Positions 1 through 13,893 are shown, counted from the stretch's first letter. The stretch is 64,000 nucleotides of DNA from Octopus sinensis (GCF_006345805.1 NC_042999.1:27776001-27840000), one strand, 5' to 3'. Notes: generated by a model from the sequence alone, not told the origin. Numbers and translations: made by a program.

Positions 1-1796
1 AAAGAAATTTTCGATAAAAATATTGACTCACTTAATAATGCCGCACTTAATAAAGCTGGATATAAACAGAAATTAGTATATTGTTCTAATAATGTAAATA
101 TTAGCACCTCCAACACCTCCAACAACATAAATATTTCCCATGCCAACATGGATTTAAAACTAATAATTAGAAATAAATTTAAGAATAAATCGAAAAATAT
201 TTAAGATACGAATATTGGAAATCAAAGACAAAATATGAGAAACTATGTACTACTTCGTTCTTTTAATATTTTTTGTACTCTCGGGAGTAGGAATAAAAAG
301 ATTAAAAAGCAAAAACCTTATGTATCTAATAATGGTCGAAAAAGTAGAGTTTATAATTCATCTAATAAAAACGAAACTATTAGATTTATTGTTCCATTCG
401 CTAAACAAATTAAAGGTCATTTGGTCGGTACTTTATACAAACTCTTTTCCAAACATTTCACAAAAGAAAATAGAAATTATGATATTATTTACCCTAGGAT
501 TTTTAGAATTGGTGATTCCGTATCTAACAATTTATACCAGATTACATCCTCGATTAATAAAAGAAAATTATATTATTTTTATGATAATTATAATAGTAGT
601 AAACGCCGTAGCATTAATATCAATCGAATAAACGTTAGTGATGAAATTATACTTGGGACATCTAATGTACAAAAGGAAGCTACTCTAGTAAAATCCAGTC
701 CCAACCTTTTGAACGTAAATAAAACTACGAACAGTAAATATCTAATAGATAATAAATATCTAATAAGTAATAAAAAATACTTTTTGTGATTGCAGGGTTA
801 AAAGTTAATGTTTATTTAAGAATTATTGTAAACGAAAGAATGTTGCTTACAGATGTAAAGTTATTTCCGAGGGTAGAAGTTACATTTATATAGGTGCCAC
901 GCAGAATTTTATTGAAAAGCATATTTCTAACCTTATTCATACCTTTGGTAATAGAAAAGACCTGTTTCTTCCACTAGCCTTTGTAAATTTATTGGGCATT
1001 TAATGGACAAGAAAAAAGTTTTGTGTGGAGGTGTAAATTATAAGCAAGGCTACAGTTTATAAGCCTGGAAGCTCTTTCCGTTTTCTTTGTTTAGAAGAGC
1101 TGTATTTGATATTATTTTCTACAAGTGAGAAATGAATTTTTCTTGAGTGCATGCATCAAAATGGACATTTAGGAACTATCATTAGATTTATACTAATTAT
1201 TAATGATTGTTATGCATTTAAATTGATCAATATTTCTGCTATAATGCAGTTTTTCGGGTTTAATATACTAAATAAGTATAAATACTAGCTAAATATTATA
1301 AATATAAGTTATATCTAATATTAGTGAGGATGTATATAGATTTTACTGTAAATTTGATTAATCATACTTCTCTGAAATATTTAGTTAAAATACCTATAGT
1401 AAACTATTAAATTAAACTTAGGATATAACATATTATCTTAATGTAGTGACAGCTTTGGTTTGCTTGGTTATCATATAGATTTTTTTATCTCTAGTATCTG
1501 GCAATATATAGGTTCTGATTACGTTTATGCAATAAGTATTGACCGAATATTTACGCAAATATTGATGACGTAACAATTGTAGATAGTATTAAATGGAATT
1601 AGATATAATACATTTTATTTATCTTCAGTGTTGTTGACAAACATATGCCCAACTACTTGATATATTTAGCTATAATATTCTCCCCCATTCACTCGTTTTT
1701 ATCTATCATTCGCTCTATATATATCTATATCTTAATTACGATAACACCATCAGCGAACTATTGTGTATCATTTGTGCTAGCGCAAATGTTGAATGT

Positions 1797-1800
<4 letters not shown>
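1..1800 (+). mobile_element. Degenerate Penelope-like retroelement 3' part (RT C-terminus, linker, GIY-YIG endonuclease, AT-rich 3' region)
   Basis: Frame from base 1 reads KEIFDKNIDSLNNAALNKAGYKQKL (PLE RT thumb-like). ORF 235-789 contains IVPFAKQIKGHLVGTLYKLFSKHF. From 785 the frame reads CDCRVKS*CLFKNYCKRKNVAYRCKVISEGRSYIYIGATQNF (Cys motif plus VxY...YIG), and ~1040-1110 reads KATVYKPGSS..LCLEE. Stops and frameshifts are present. The 3' boundary at the (TA)n is approximate. Confidence 0.8.
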
Positions 1801-1836
<36 letters not shown>

Positions 1837-1965
1837 TAGTAACGGTTTTCTAAGGAACACTTGCGTTCAAGAAAAAAAATAACACACACACACATCTGAG
1901 TTTGTCGTAGGTTAGCCTACACGTAGAAATGTGACTTCCTTTTGAAATCCTCCCTGAGGAAATAC

Positions 1966-2480
1966 TCAATTCATGGTACGATGATGTCTTTCCACCATCC
2001 CATTTCCACTTGGCCGGTATGCCACCCTGAAGAAGCAGATGACCTGCCACCCATCAAGCATTTGTTTCAGCACCTCCGAGCGGAATGCAGTGCCATTATC
2101 CAGAAGCAGCTCATCCACGGGGCCCCGTTCCAGGAATATTTCATTTAGTACTCTCACGATTTCATCTACTGTCCCCGTCTTCATCTCTCTCCATATGGCC
2201 AACCGCCGGTCCGCAGTCAACCTTTGAGAGGTATTACCCTGCCAGTAGTGTGTTATGTCCACTGCCAGTCGTTTCCAGTTGTGGTCCACTGGAATACTTC
2301 CCGCCTCATGTATGCCCAGAACAGGATCGATGGGCTGGCACCTGTCACAGCTGCTAACCACTCTCTGCACGCTCCGTCTTGTTACATCGGAGTCGACTTT
2401 CCTGGCTATGAACAACGTCCTGACCACCCCCATGATAGCTCATCTGCAATCCTCTCCATCAACACCACATAGTTCATCAC
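1966..2480 (-). mobile_element. Gypsy/Ty3 LTR-retrotransposon integrase fragment
   Basis: ORF 1966..2433 contains CDRCQ (zinc finger end), WKRLAVDITH, GPVDELLLDNGTAF and YRPSGNGMVERHHRT, i.e. the D,D35E core. Confidence 0.9.
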
Positions 2481-2626
2481 AGTCCATAACACCACAAACA
2501 CTATACCAATGAAAGAAAGTATTCATATTAAATGAAAACAATATATATAGCCATATTATTCAGTCATAATAAACACACATTGATATCTAAATATACATTC
2601 ATAAATATAAAAGAAAAAAGCAAGTC

Positions 2627-2812
2627 GGCGAGCTGGTAGAATCGTTAGCACGACGGGCAAAATACTTCTCGGCTTTTCGTAAAATTTTACGTTCTGAGTT
2701 CAAATTCCGCTGTAGCCAACTATGCCTTTCATCCTTTCGTGTATTGGGATCGATGTAATACTTTTACAATTCCCCCGAAATTACTGGCCTTGTGCCAAAA
2801 TTTGAAACCAAT
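2627..2812 (+). mobile_element. tRNA-derived SINE, Meta-domain-like family (family M), degenerate
   Basis: GGCGAGCTGGTAGAATCGTTAGCAC head, GAGTTCAAATTCC B-box and GCCTTTCATCCTTTCG body. Confidence 0.8.
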
Positions 2813-4601
2813 ATAATAAATGAAAATTTAAACAAAAGATTGTTTTATCATTTGTGAGCAGCCTTTTATATAAATATGCATATATGCTCTTCCATCCCAT
2901 ACATCCACACACGCATCAACATATATAGATATACGTATTTACATAGACACGCACATGCACTAATATATACATAGCTATCATAATCATTATCATACGTTCA
3001 TTCAAACATCATATGCGTATGTGTATGTATCCATTCAGACACATATAAGGATATGTGCTGACAGATACACAAATACAACCATTTATACGTCTACGCATTC
3101 ATTTTAGTTACTTATTTATACGTAAATACTTTAATTTAACATTTATTCCTAATGGCAACCTCATAAAACAAATGTATATTCATAATCAAAGGATTTATAT
3201 GAATTAAATATGTAACAATAGTTCAGAATCTGACGTCAGCGTCTTGTTTCAAACAAAAGGAGAATGTGTATATAATGGCAATCTAAAAAGTTGTTCATCA
3301 GTTTTAATCCGTAGCCGGATTATTTCACAAGTACGTTTTGCAATTCACGTGCTTACAGTCTGAAGTTTCATAATTATCAATAACTGAATTTTTAGCGAAA
3401 AGGTTCTCCATTGCTTCAGTTGCATATGAATCTCAAGAACCCATTTTTTCCACTAACAGATTTGGTCTTTGCCAAACCCTTCCATTCAATGTCTCGTTAG
3501 ATATATGTATCAAACTCCAGATGGATGGAAAATGTTATATTATGTTCGTTATAGCTGAGTGGGTTTCCGAAAGAATTACTGTAAGTGTAAACGTCTGTTA
3601 AACCAAATCCATATGAACTTCATAAGCGGTCAAAATGTTTAACATGCATTTTTATACAAGGTCATTAGTTACGCGAGTTTTCTGTAATAGGAAATTATTG
3701 GGATTAAAAGTATTATAATTCATTAATACAATTTTTGCTAAAGTCATTGTGTGCAATACCATAATTAAAGCTCGTTAATTTAATTATTTTCAAATATATT
3801 ATGTTTTGTGCAAGGATAAGTGTTACGGATTAAGGAAATTTAACTATGTTACTGTTAAAAAGTCTTATAATGCCTATGTTCATCAATAAAGAAAATTCTG
3901 GCTTTAGTTGTAGGTACTGTCATATGAAATAATGTATTGTGGTGGCATATAATATGTCTAAATGCTTTCTTCTCATTACTACGCACATAGTTAATAACAT
4001 AATATTTTCTAAAAAAAACTGTTACAGTCGAATACTTTGCTACAATAATTTAATGACCCTTAAAAATCCTCTCGAAAGCTGAGAAATATGATAATCTCAA
4101 TGAGATATTTATATATATAACCAAACTTATTATGCCTTTAAGGTAGTTCGAAAATTTATTGATGTAAATAAGAGTCACGTTAGGTTTTCAATATGGTGGC
4201 AAAAGAATTGTCTAATACAATTTGGGTATAATTTGGAATGGTTGGGATTCAGTTTTCTGGTAGCAGGAATATTTTTCTGAATTACTGCGACGCTAATATC
4301 ACGCGTCATTATAACATGGTTTACTTCCATAAAGGTGATTTTAATACCGTCAGTATGGGTAGAATTTTTTCTTTAATTGTGTTATGTTTACAAAATTCAT
4401 GTTTGTGCTTGGGACTTTTATTCTAAGATATATCCGTGCATGTGAAATTGAGGTAAATCATTTCTTGTTTTTATCATTGTCGTTGTTGGTGTTATTTTTA
4501 CAAATGCGTCTTTTTTTTTTCATTTGGTGGAACTTCTGTGAATGTTTTTGTACGACTTTAAATTTTGTACCACTTTTAGAGTCACCATTGTGCAGAATTG
4601 T

Positions 4602-4938
4602 GAAGGCGCGTTGCTCAGTGGTTAGAGCGTCGAGCTTACGATCGTGAGGTTGTGAACTGGAATCCCGGACCGGGCTGCGTGTTGTGTTCTTGAACAAGAC
4701 ACTTTATTTCACGTTGCTCCAGTTCACTCAGCTGTAGAAATGAGTTGCGACGTCACAGGTGCCAAACTGTATCGGCCCCTTTGCCTTTCCCTTGGATAAC
4801 ACTGGTGGCGTGGAGAAGGGAGGCCGGTATGCATGGGCGACTGCTGGTCTTCCATAAAAAAAACAACCTTGCCCAGACTTGTGCCTCGGAGGGTAACTCT
4901 CTAAGTGCAAACCCATGGTCAGTGTCTGACCGAAGGGG
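4602..4938 (+). mobile_element. Full-length tRNA-headed CORE-like SINE with ~20-bp target-site duplication
   Basis: tRNA-like head (GCTCAGTGGTTAGAGCG...GAATCCC) and CORE-like CTTGAACAAGACACTTTATTTCAC...CTGTAGAAATGAG. Flanked by GTCACCAT(T)GTGCAGAATTGT at 4581-4601 and 4939-4958. Confidence 0.85.
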
Positions 4939-5940
4939 GTCACCATGTGCAGAATTGTAGATTTGTCATTCTTGGATGATGATCGCATGCAGTGAGGGAA
5001 ATATTTGTCTTGTTAATCGACGTTCAAGTGGTCGGAAGTGGAGTTTGCTATAATGTTCGTAACAGTAGTCGCAATATCATAAAGTAAAATTCAGATTATT
5101 TTCAAACAAGAAAAAAAAAAAGAAAAGAAAAAAGAAAGTAAAAGCAGATAACTGAAAAATCAGGCATTCATGCAAGATTTCAATCTTGCATCTGTGCAAT
5201 GGGAATCAGAAAGAGAATGATGAGAGAAACAGTCATCTGAATGGCAAATCAGTGCAAACAGCAATGGCAACACTGCTAACGCTAGTAACAACATTCCATA
5301 TTTTGAAAATGTCATGGATCAAGAGAAGTGACTGGTCTGGAGCCAGTGCAATGAAATCAGAAGAAATGGGTTTATTTCCTCGAGTAATTTATCAAAGAAA
5401 GGAGGACAAGGAAAATAATTTACCCCTGTCTACAGTAAACAGATGTGACTTCAATGCATCTTCGAAAGAGGTGTTGGAGGAAACTTTGCTGGTGTCTTTT
5501 AATGTCCAGAGGAGGTATATAATCGTGTACCTAACTTATAATACCGAGAATAAGGCGAGAAGACAGAGCTGGTGCAGCATACGTCTGCCATCAAATTTGT
5601 GCTGCATTATTGGAACCTCATGAATATGACAATCATATCCAGATGTATTGGCACGAACACTGATCTTTGGTGTCTTGACAGATTTAGCTCAGGCTTCTGA
5701 ACATGTACTGGGTACGGGGTTAACCTGCAACATAAATGGAAACTGTATGAGGCTTCTAAGTTTTGTTGACAATTTGTGACCACAAGGCTATCCCGAAAGG
5801 AAGTCAATCAGTCCGATAGAGCATGGTAGAAATCCCAGTTGCTATATGTGTTGTAATGGCTACTTGAAGATCTACCCAAAAGAAGAAAAGAAAAACACAG
5901 AGACTTACACACAAGTGGATGGATGGCAGACATCAGGAAA

Positions 5941-5977
<37 letters not shown>

Positions 5978-6744
5978 AGCTCCAGAGGTTAATGCCATGG
6001 CTAATGCTACTATTATTAGCTTTGAACATAGCCGGAGTGGATTGAAATAAAATCGTTCATTCTTAATGTCGCTAGTACCAGGGGCCGATGGCAACTAACA
6101 AACTACAGGACCAGACAGAATCTAGGATCAGCAGCACAGCAGTACTACTTCAGTATTACATTACTGTGGAAGAGAGGAAACTTCGATGTGGTTGCTTGTT
6201 CTGCTAGAAATAGCAACCAAATCCCCACATATTACACATTACCATCCTACTATCTTTAAAAGGTAAAAACACATTAGCTAATGTAGTCCAAAATACTCTG
6301 TGCCTAAATATGAGACGAGCTGGTCATGGTTGGACCACGTTTATTATGGACCACTAAATCTCTCATGAATCACATTCTACCGTCTTACAAAGGCTATGAT
6401 ACATTAGAAAATGTAACATTAAGCGCACTGTCTGGAAAAGGAGGTGGGATTGGATGGCCATGGTTCAACTGCCTTTGACCATGTGTTTGCTAATCTAGAA
6501 TTAAACAACAAGAGCAACAACAACAACAACAACAACAGCAGCAGCAACAACAATGAGAGCATTAACAATAACTATCAAGCGAGCCTTTCACTAACCTTCT
6601 AGCTTATCTTCTCTTAATTTAATTTCTCGAGATGATGACAAAAAGTAAAGCGATAAAAACAGTTGATGAAACATCTTGTGGTACTCAGATACGGGCCTGT
6701 TGTTTCTGAGTTCAAATTGCATTTAGGGTTCCTTTATCTGTGTG

Positions 6745-7030
6745 TGGAGGCACATGGCCTAGTGCTTAGAGCAGAGGACTCGCGGTCTAGGGATCGCGGG
6801 TTCGAATCTCAGACCGGGCGATGTGTGTATTTATGAGCAGAAAATACGCGGCTCCGGCAAAGGTAATGGTGAACTTTTACTGACTCTTTCGCCACAACTT
6901 TCTCTCGCTCTTTTCTCCTGCATCTTGCAGCTCACCTGCGACGGACCGGCGTCCCGTCCAGGTGGGGTACCTATACGCCAAGGAAACCGGGAAACCGGCC
7001 CTTGTGAGCCACGCATGGCTCGAGAAAAAC
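6745..7030 (+). mobile_element. tRNA-derived SINE, family R with tail type b
   Basis: TGGCCTAGTGCTTAG A-box and GGTTCGAATCT B-box. An inverted homologue lies at ~18825-19120. Confidence 0.85.
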
Positions 7031-7193
7031 CTTCATCTGTACTATTCAAATAATACGGTCAGAAGAACTGACCGTGTACTCGTACTCATTCTACGACTTT
7101 ATGCCAGTAGAAGAAAACAATATTTAGCTCACTTTCAGTTCTGAATTCGAATTCTACTCAAGTAGTATATGTACACACACACACACACACACA

Positions 7194-7372
7194 CGAGAAG
7201 GTGCCGAAAAGTTCCTGGCTTTAAGTGTATCGCGAAAGGCCTTCTGAGTATTTTTACAGGGCTTAGAAAAACTGAAGCACCGCTGCAACACGTGTGTAAA
7301 TCTGAGAGTGGATTATATTGAATAAGATTATAATTAACTGATCCTCTTGCATGTTCTTTTCAGCACCCCTCG
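7194..7372 (+). mobile_element. Mariner-derived MITE
   Basis: Imperfect TIRs CGAGAAGGTGCCGAAAAG / CTTTTCAGCACCCCTCG followed by TA. The internal KLKHRCNTCVNLRVDYIE* resembles a mariner transposase C-terminus. Confidence 0.75.
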
Positions 7373-7407
7373 TATGTATGTTTATGTATATATGTATGAG
7401 TTGTTGT

Positions 7408-7789
7408 TGGAAGCACTCCGTCGGTTCCGACGACGAGGGTTCCGGTTGATCCGATCAACGGAACAGCCTGCTCGTGAAATTAACGTGTAAGTGGCTGAGC
7501 ACTCCACAGACACGTGTACCTTTAACGTAGTTCTCGGGGATATTCAGCGTGACACAGAGAGTGACAAGGCCGGCCCTTTGAAATACAGGTACAACAGAAA
7601 CAAGAAGTAAGAGTGAGAGAAAGTTGTGGTGAAAGAGTACAGCAGGGATCACCACCATTCCTGCCGGAGCCTCGTGGAGCTTTAGGTGTTTTCGCTCAAT
7701 AAACACTCACAACGCCCGGTCTGGGAATCGAAACCGCGATCCTAGGACCGCGAGTCCGCTGCCCTAACCACTGGGCCATTGCGCCTCCA
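7408..7789 (-). mobile_element. tRNA-derived SINE, family R with tail type a
   Basis: Near-identical copies at 35776-36217 and 38127-38511. Minus-strand head GGAGGCGCAATGGCCCAGTGGTTAGGGCAGCGG...GGTTTCGATTCCC. Confidence 0.9.
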
Positions 7790-8435
7790 TGTATGAGTAG
7801 GTGAGTGTTTGTGTGAGGGTTATAGAGAGGTATTATTGATTAATTATTTGGTTGGAATTGGAAGAAATCGTACGCGGTAAAATCTTCTCTGAATCCCAGA
7901 AATATGTACGATAGGAGTCATAGGTGTATTCAGCACCACCCACGCCACAAACACACACATATTTCAGCGCTTGTGAAATACGTCAGCTGTTCATTTACAC
8001 TCCAGACATATCACCACCTACGATGTCTACGTGTTGATTGAATCTTAAGATATCCAACATACAAGCTGCCTTAAACTAAATATAGTACCATTATACTGGT
8101 ATTTGTCCTACTAAAAATACCAGCCAAATCCATCTTAAATCTTGTCCTGCCATCATAAGAAAATACAGCCCACAAAAGAAAAAAAAAAAGAAAACATAAG
8201 CTACCACTACCTATGCCTTCCTTCCTCTTACTCTTCGCTTCTCTAAATCGCCATTGATGGTTTATGTTTAAAGACTGAAACTAGTTGCAAAACCAGACGT
8301 AAATACAGAACTGGTTCCATAGTTTTTGAGTTGTAAACACAATATTTAAAGAGTCCTAATGAAAATAACAATATTCTAGAGGAAATGTATTGAACTTTTG
8401 TTTCCAGAAATGCCCCAAGGATAAGGTGTAATTTG

Positions 8436-8996
8436 TATGTATGTATGTATGTATGTATGTATGTATGTATGTATGTATGTATGTATGTATGTTTGTATGT
8501 ATGTATGTATATATGTATGTATGTATGTATGTATTTATGTATGTATGTATTTATGTATGTATAAATGTATGTATGTATGTATGTATTTATGTATGTATGT
8601 ATGTATGCATGTATGTATGAATGTATGTATGTATGTATGTATGTATGTATGAATGAATGAATGATTGTTTATATGTGTATATTGTTTTTATATTATGTAT
8701 TTATACTCTTCTGTCTACAATGCACAATAGAATAATCAATAGATTTTTTAGCTAATAGTGAGTATATACATTCGTGAATAGATACATACAAACATGGATA
8801 CATATATACATACATACATACATGCATACATACATACATACATTCATACATACGTACACACATACATAAATACATACATACATACATACATACATACATA
8901 CATACATGCATACATACATACATACATACATACATACATACATACATACATACATACATACATACATGCATGCATACATAGATGCATACATACATA
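8436..8996. repeat. Opposed (TATG)n and (CATA)n microsatellite blocks
   Basis: (TATG)n at 8436-8652 and (TACA)n at ~8790-8996. Confidence 0.9.
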
Positions 8997-9410
8997 GTAA
9001 TTTGAAATAAAGAAGAGAAACTGTGTACAGTTGTGGAAATCAGCTGCCCAGCGGATGTTAACATAAAAATAAAGACCAGTGAAAAAGAAAATACCTACGC
9101 TGAACTAATGAGCAATCGGCAGCTACTCTATCCAGATTACAAGTTCAGGATTATAACTGTAATAATTGGGGCACCAGGATATGTAACACACTACCGAAAT
9201 AATAATCTTGAGAAATTAGGCTTTTCAAAATCAGAGGAGAGAAAGCTGATACGAAGACTACAAATCCAAGCCATCACTGGAACTGTAAAAATCAATAAAA
9301 CTTTGCATAAGTTTATCATTTAAGTATATATGAGTAAGTCTAGTCATGCAAATATACGGAGGGGAATACATAACTAAAACAAAACATAAAAATTTGCACA
9401 TAAGCATACA
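8997..9410 (+). mobile_element. 5'-truncated RLE-type non-LTR retrotransposon (R4/Dong-like), endonuclease C-terminus and 3' UTR
   Basis: KEEKLCTVVEISCPADVNIKIKTSEKENTYAEL...IITVIIGAPG...LEKLG...LQIQAITGT matches the C-terminal motifs of restriction-like endonucleases. A second copy starts at 55853. Confidence 0.8.
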
Positions 9411-9545
9411 GACATACATACACACATACATACATGCATACATACAAACGTAAAAGACTTTCTCACCTTCCCGCGTGTCAAATTAATACACCTGCATGTT
9501 GTTTATACACCTATCTTCGTCTTTTGTTTTTCTGTACATTTCAAC

Positions 9546-9584
<39 letters not shown>

Positions 9585-9879
9585 TCTTTTACTTCTTTAC
9601 TTGTTTCAGTCATTTGACTGCAGCCATGCTGGAGCACCGCCTTTTGTCGAGCAAATCGATCCCAGGACTTATTCTTTGGAAGCGTAGTACTTATTCTATC
9701 GGTCTCTTTTGCAGAACCGCTAAGTTACAGGGACGTAAACACACCAGCATCGCTTTTCAAACGCATCTTGACGAAACAATGACAATAATAATAAGAACAA
9801 CGATGACGACGACGATTATTTTTATTGTCAAATGAACGATGGCTGAAGGGAAGATGTTAAAGAATAAGTAGATTAAAAT

Positions 9880-10031
9880 GAATAATTAAATAACAATAAC
9901 AGCAAGAACAACAACAATATAATAATAATAATAATAACAACAACAACAATAATAATAATATTAATAATGATAGTGATGATGATGATGATGATGATGATGA
10001 TAATAATAATAATAATAATAAGGATGATATT

Positions 10032-10078
<47 letters not shown>

Positions 10079-10421
10079 TAATAATGATAATAATCTTTTC
10101 TATTCTAGGCTAGGCACAAGGCCTGAAATTTTGGGGGAGGAGGCCAGTCGATTAGATCGACCACAGTACGCAACTGGTACTTAATCCATGGACCCCGAAA
10201 GGGTGAAAGGCAAAGTCGACCACGGCGGAGTTCGAATTCAGCGACGGGCAAAACACTGCTAGACATTTCGCCCAGCGTGCTAACGATTCTGCCTTCTCAT
10301 CGCCTTAATAATAATAATAATAAGAAGAAGAAGAAGTAGAAGAAGAAGAAGAAGAAGAAGAAGAAGAAGAAGAAGAAGAAGAAGAAGAAGAAGAAGAAGA
10401 AGAAGAAGAATGATAATAATA

Positions 10422-10465
<44 letters not shown>

Positions 10466-10499
10466 AATAATAACAATAATAATAATAATAATGATAATA

Positions 10500-10575
<76 letters not shown>

Positions 10576-10640
10576 TGATGATGATGATGATGATGACGAC
10601 GATGATGATGACTATGATGATGATGATGATGATGATTGAT
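9880..10640. repeat. Compound trinucleotide microsatellites (AAC/AAT/AAG/GAT) with an embedded family M SINE (~10096-10305, -)
   Basis: Directly visible repeats. These produce the poly-I/H/M/L ORFs. Confidence 0.9.
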
Positions 10641-10990
10641 TCCAGGTAAATTTCCAATGTAACTCATCCACTAAAATATCGTCTTTTCTGTTTATAGTTA
10701 CTCTGGTAAGTGCTACGGGCACTTAATTGTAATTAAAGTTCTAGTTAATTTTAAAATAATCGTTTCCTTATCCCATTTCCTACGTATTTTATATTGTTTC
10801 CCTTGAGGGATAAAGAGTATTGACTTCTATTTTTGTTGTTCTTGCTTTTTTTTCTATTTTCTTAGGCTGTAGAGTAGAATGTACGCTTGATTATCAGATT
10901 GCTTACAAAATCTTTTGACATTGATGCAATATTTTCAGTATTGATTTTTAATATATTTCAAAATTTTATTTCTTCATGTGTACACACAGC

Positions 10991-11033
<43 letters not shown>

Positions 11034-11101
11034 ACACACATACGCACACACACGCAGGCACGCAGACGCAAGTATATGTATATAATGCATATGTACGTGT
11101 A

Positions 11102-11133
<32 letters not shown>

Positions 11134-11162
11134 TTACATGTATATATATATAATATATATAT

Positions 11163-11219
<57 letters not shown>

Positions 11220-11226
11220 ATATATA

Positions 11227-11257
<31 letters not shown>

Positions 11258-11337
11258 GTGTGTGTGTACTTTAGTAATGTAACAATAAGTGGTCCGTTGA
11301 CAATTTCTTCTCCATCTTAAGACTTTCCTCTTTCTCC

Positions 11338-11371
11338 TTTCCGACGAAGAGCTCTGCTCGAAACGTTAAAC
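11338..11371 (+). ncRNA. Minimal type I hammerhead ribozyme motif (CCGACGA core variant) in a Penelope-type pLTR remnant
   Basis: TTT-CCGACGA-A-GAGC-TCT-GCTC-GAAACGTT-AAA. Confidence 0.6.
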
Positions 11372-11489
11372 TCTCTCCTTTCATCGAGAGTCAAGCTAAT
11401 ATGCTCCTTGTGCACGTCTTCACATTGGTTATTTTTCTTATTTTCTTTTCATTTTTATCCGTTTATTTGAATTGCTTACCTATTTGATG

Positions 11490-11792
11490 TGAGTGGATTT
11501 GGTAGACAGAAACTGAAAGAAGCCTGTCCTATATATGTATACATATATACGTATATATGTATACGTATGTATGTGTATGTGTATGTGCTTGTGTGTTTGT
11601 GTTTGTCCCCCCAACATCATTTAACAACCGATGTTGGTGTGTTTACGTCCCCGTAACTTAGCGGTTCGGCAAAAGAGACCTATAGAATAAGTACTAGGCT
11701 TACAAAGAATAAGTCTTGGAATTCGATTTGCTCGACTAAAGGTGGTGCTCCAGCATGGCCGCAGTCAAATGACTGAAACAAGTAAAAGAGTG
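11490..11792 (+). mobile_element. Family K SINE, 5'-truncated
   Basis: Matches the body and tail of the full copy at 52646-53062. Confidence 0.85.
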
Positions 11793-12112
11793 AGCGTATG
11801 TTTCCAACTTGGTTTGACCATGACAGACAGAAAAAAAGACTTCATTGTTCATACCCAAGCAACGAGGAGAGAATTACGAAGTAAATGACAGAGAATGTTC
11901 AGAAATTAGCGCAGCAACGTAGAATTGTTTAAGAATTTACACACAGATATGTTCCTAGTTCCTAATCTACTATATCACGTACTACTTTAAAAGGAAAATG
12001 ATAGTGAGAGAGAGCGTCTCCCTCCAATAAATCTGATGAAAGGTGGATGAGAGCAAGAGGATTAGCATAGGTAGGTGGGCCAGCAGAAAGCCGGTGGTAT
12101 TAAGGTCTACAA

Positions 12113-12398
12113 CAGGGGTTTTCAACCATTTTAAACTTATGGACCCCTTTGATTCCTATTTTACTTGGGTAGATGGACATAATCATTCGATGTTCAAAAA
12201 ATCCTATTGTATTTTTATAATTAGATATTTTGTTTATTGTGGACGTATAACCAGTGAAGTTTTTGTATAATAACATAAACTTGACTGGTCTAAAGGAAAT
12301 TTGTTCGTGGCTCCTGAAAAATTACCACGGACCCCTAATTTACTATATTGCATCTCTGGACCCCAAAATCTTATATAGACCGCGGTTGAGAACCCCTA
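12113..12398. mobile_element. hAT-type MITE
   Basis: TIRs CAGGGGTTTTCAACC / GGTTGAGAACCCCTA with imperfect 8-bp TSD GTCTACAA/GCCTAGAA. A related degenerate copy lies at ~51310-51551. Confidence 0.75.
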
Positions 12399-12499
12399 GC
12401 CTAGAATAATACACCATTAATATCAAAGTGTTCCGGGGTGTTTATGGGGGGGTCTCGTTTCACACAATATGGCTACTCAACTTTTCCGGGTATCCTTTC

Positions 12500-13860
12500 T
12501 TCTTATTCTGTATGGTGGAGAAAAACTGGGACGAAGTGACGAGCAGAGTAGCCAATCTCACCCAGAAATGAGCCGAGAAGCTGTCCTTGAAAGGCCGAGC
12601 GGTGGGGGTGAATGCGTACATCGCAGCCATCGACTATTACCGATTGGCCGTCGTCCCTTGTCCCGACCGCTGGTTGGCCAAGCTGGTGCGCTTGCTCCTC
12701 GACTTTCTGTGGAAGGGTTAGTACCACTGGTCAGGTGCTCCATCTGCTGTCAACAGCCGTTGAACGGAGGCCTTGGCATGCCGTGGTTGCTGATGCGCAG
12801 ACATGCGCTCAGGCTACGGCATCTCAAGCGTTTCCTAGACGGTGAACAAGTGTGGTCGCCGTTCATCAGACACGACTTTCTGCAACCCGTCTCTTTAACA
12901 GAGCTGCAATCTTGGATCAAACGCAGACCGAGAAAGGACGCTTGGCAACTCGAGTGCCGTCAAGCTCTCACCGCCGTCCACCAAGCGGGTAATGCGATCG
13001 GTAGTAGTTCCACTCTAGCGTTCTATAGAGGATTAGTGAAGGAAAAGTGTGACGACGTTCTCGGAGAAACTCTAGGCGTCGACGATAATGAGTTAAACAG
13101 TCTGTTCGGAAGAACTTTCGGGCCGGGGCCCATGGATAACTTCCAAAGGTCCCTTGCCTAGCAGTACTACCGAGGGGCGCTGCCAGTTCGAGATAAACTC
13201 TACCGTCACGGAAGTGCCATCAGCCGAGCCTGCCCGAGGTGCGCTCAGGACGACGAAAGCGTTCTGCAAGCGCTCGTCCAGTACCCGAGTATTGCTGACC
13301 TGTGGGTTTATGTCGAACAGCTACTGTCGCGTATAGGGTGGATCCGGCTATCCGCTGAATCCATAGTGAAGATTACCCCGCCGACCTCCTTTAATCAGGA
13401 GGGCAAGGCAATTTTTCCTTCGTCTAGTGGCTGTAGCGAAAGAGGTGGTATGGTGGATCTGTTTGAAAGGGCTAAAGTCAGACACTTTCCTCTTTGGCTA
13501 AGGCCTCATCATCTTTTTCAAGTTCCACTTGAGAAGGAAGATGAGAGTAGAGAAGGAAGTGCTGTCTCGTTGCAAGTTTATTGAAAGGTGGGTGAATGTC
13601 GGAAAAATTGCCAGTATGAACGGACCAATTCTGAGATTACACCTGTGAAAAAAAAAAGTAATATAAAAGGAGAAGGGATTCTCTACTCCTTTTTGACTAG
13701 GTTCCCGTGGCTTTTATGGGGTTTTCCACGAGTTTTATATCTTATATATATTTTTAGTTGTTATCAATGTTTACACGGACCTTTCTTTTTGGACAAAACC
13801 CTTTGTACTTTTCGTCCTATGTTTGATTTATGTTTGCCCTTGTGGCCAATAAACCAGAAT
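12500..13860 (+). mobile_element. Tx1/L1-clade LINE 3' fragment (RT C-terminus, zf-RVT/CCHC, 3' UTR)
   Basis: KLSLKGRA..., CCQQPLNGGLGMPWL, FQRSLA*QYYRGALPVRDKL...CPRCAQDDESV. AATAAA near 13847 is followed by (TTA)n. Confidence 0.85.
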
Positions 13861-13862
13861 TA

Positions 13863-13893
<31 letters not shown>

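Noticed and set aside
3460-3580. Possible internal exon (CTAACAG acceptor, GTAAGT donor, one open frame)
   Set aside because: The peptide is not recognisable and there are no partner exons. It needs RNA-seq support.
5186-5940. 145-aa ORF or coding region
   Set aside because: No recognisable domain. Possibly a highly decayed LINE, but too degenerate to call.
10280-10667. Poly-His/Ile/Met/Ser ORFs (also 14324-15183 and 18005-18498)
   Set aside because: Trinucleotide microsatellites.
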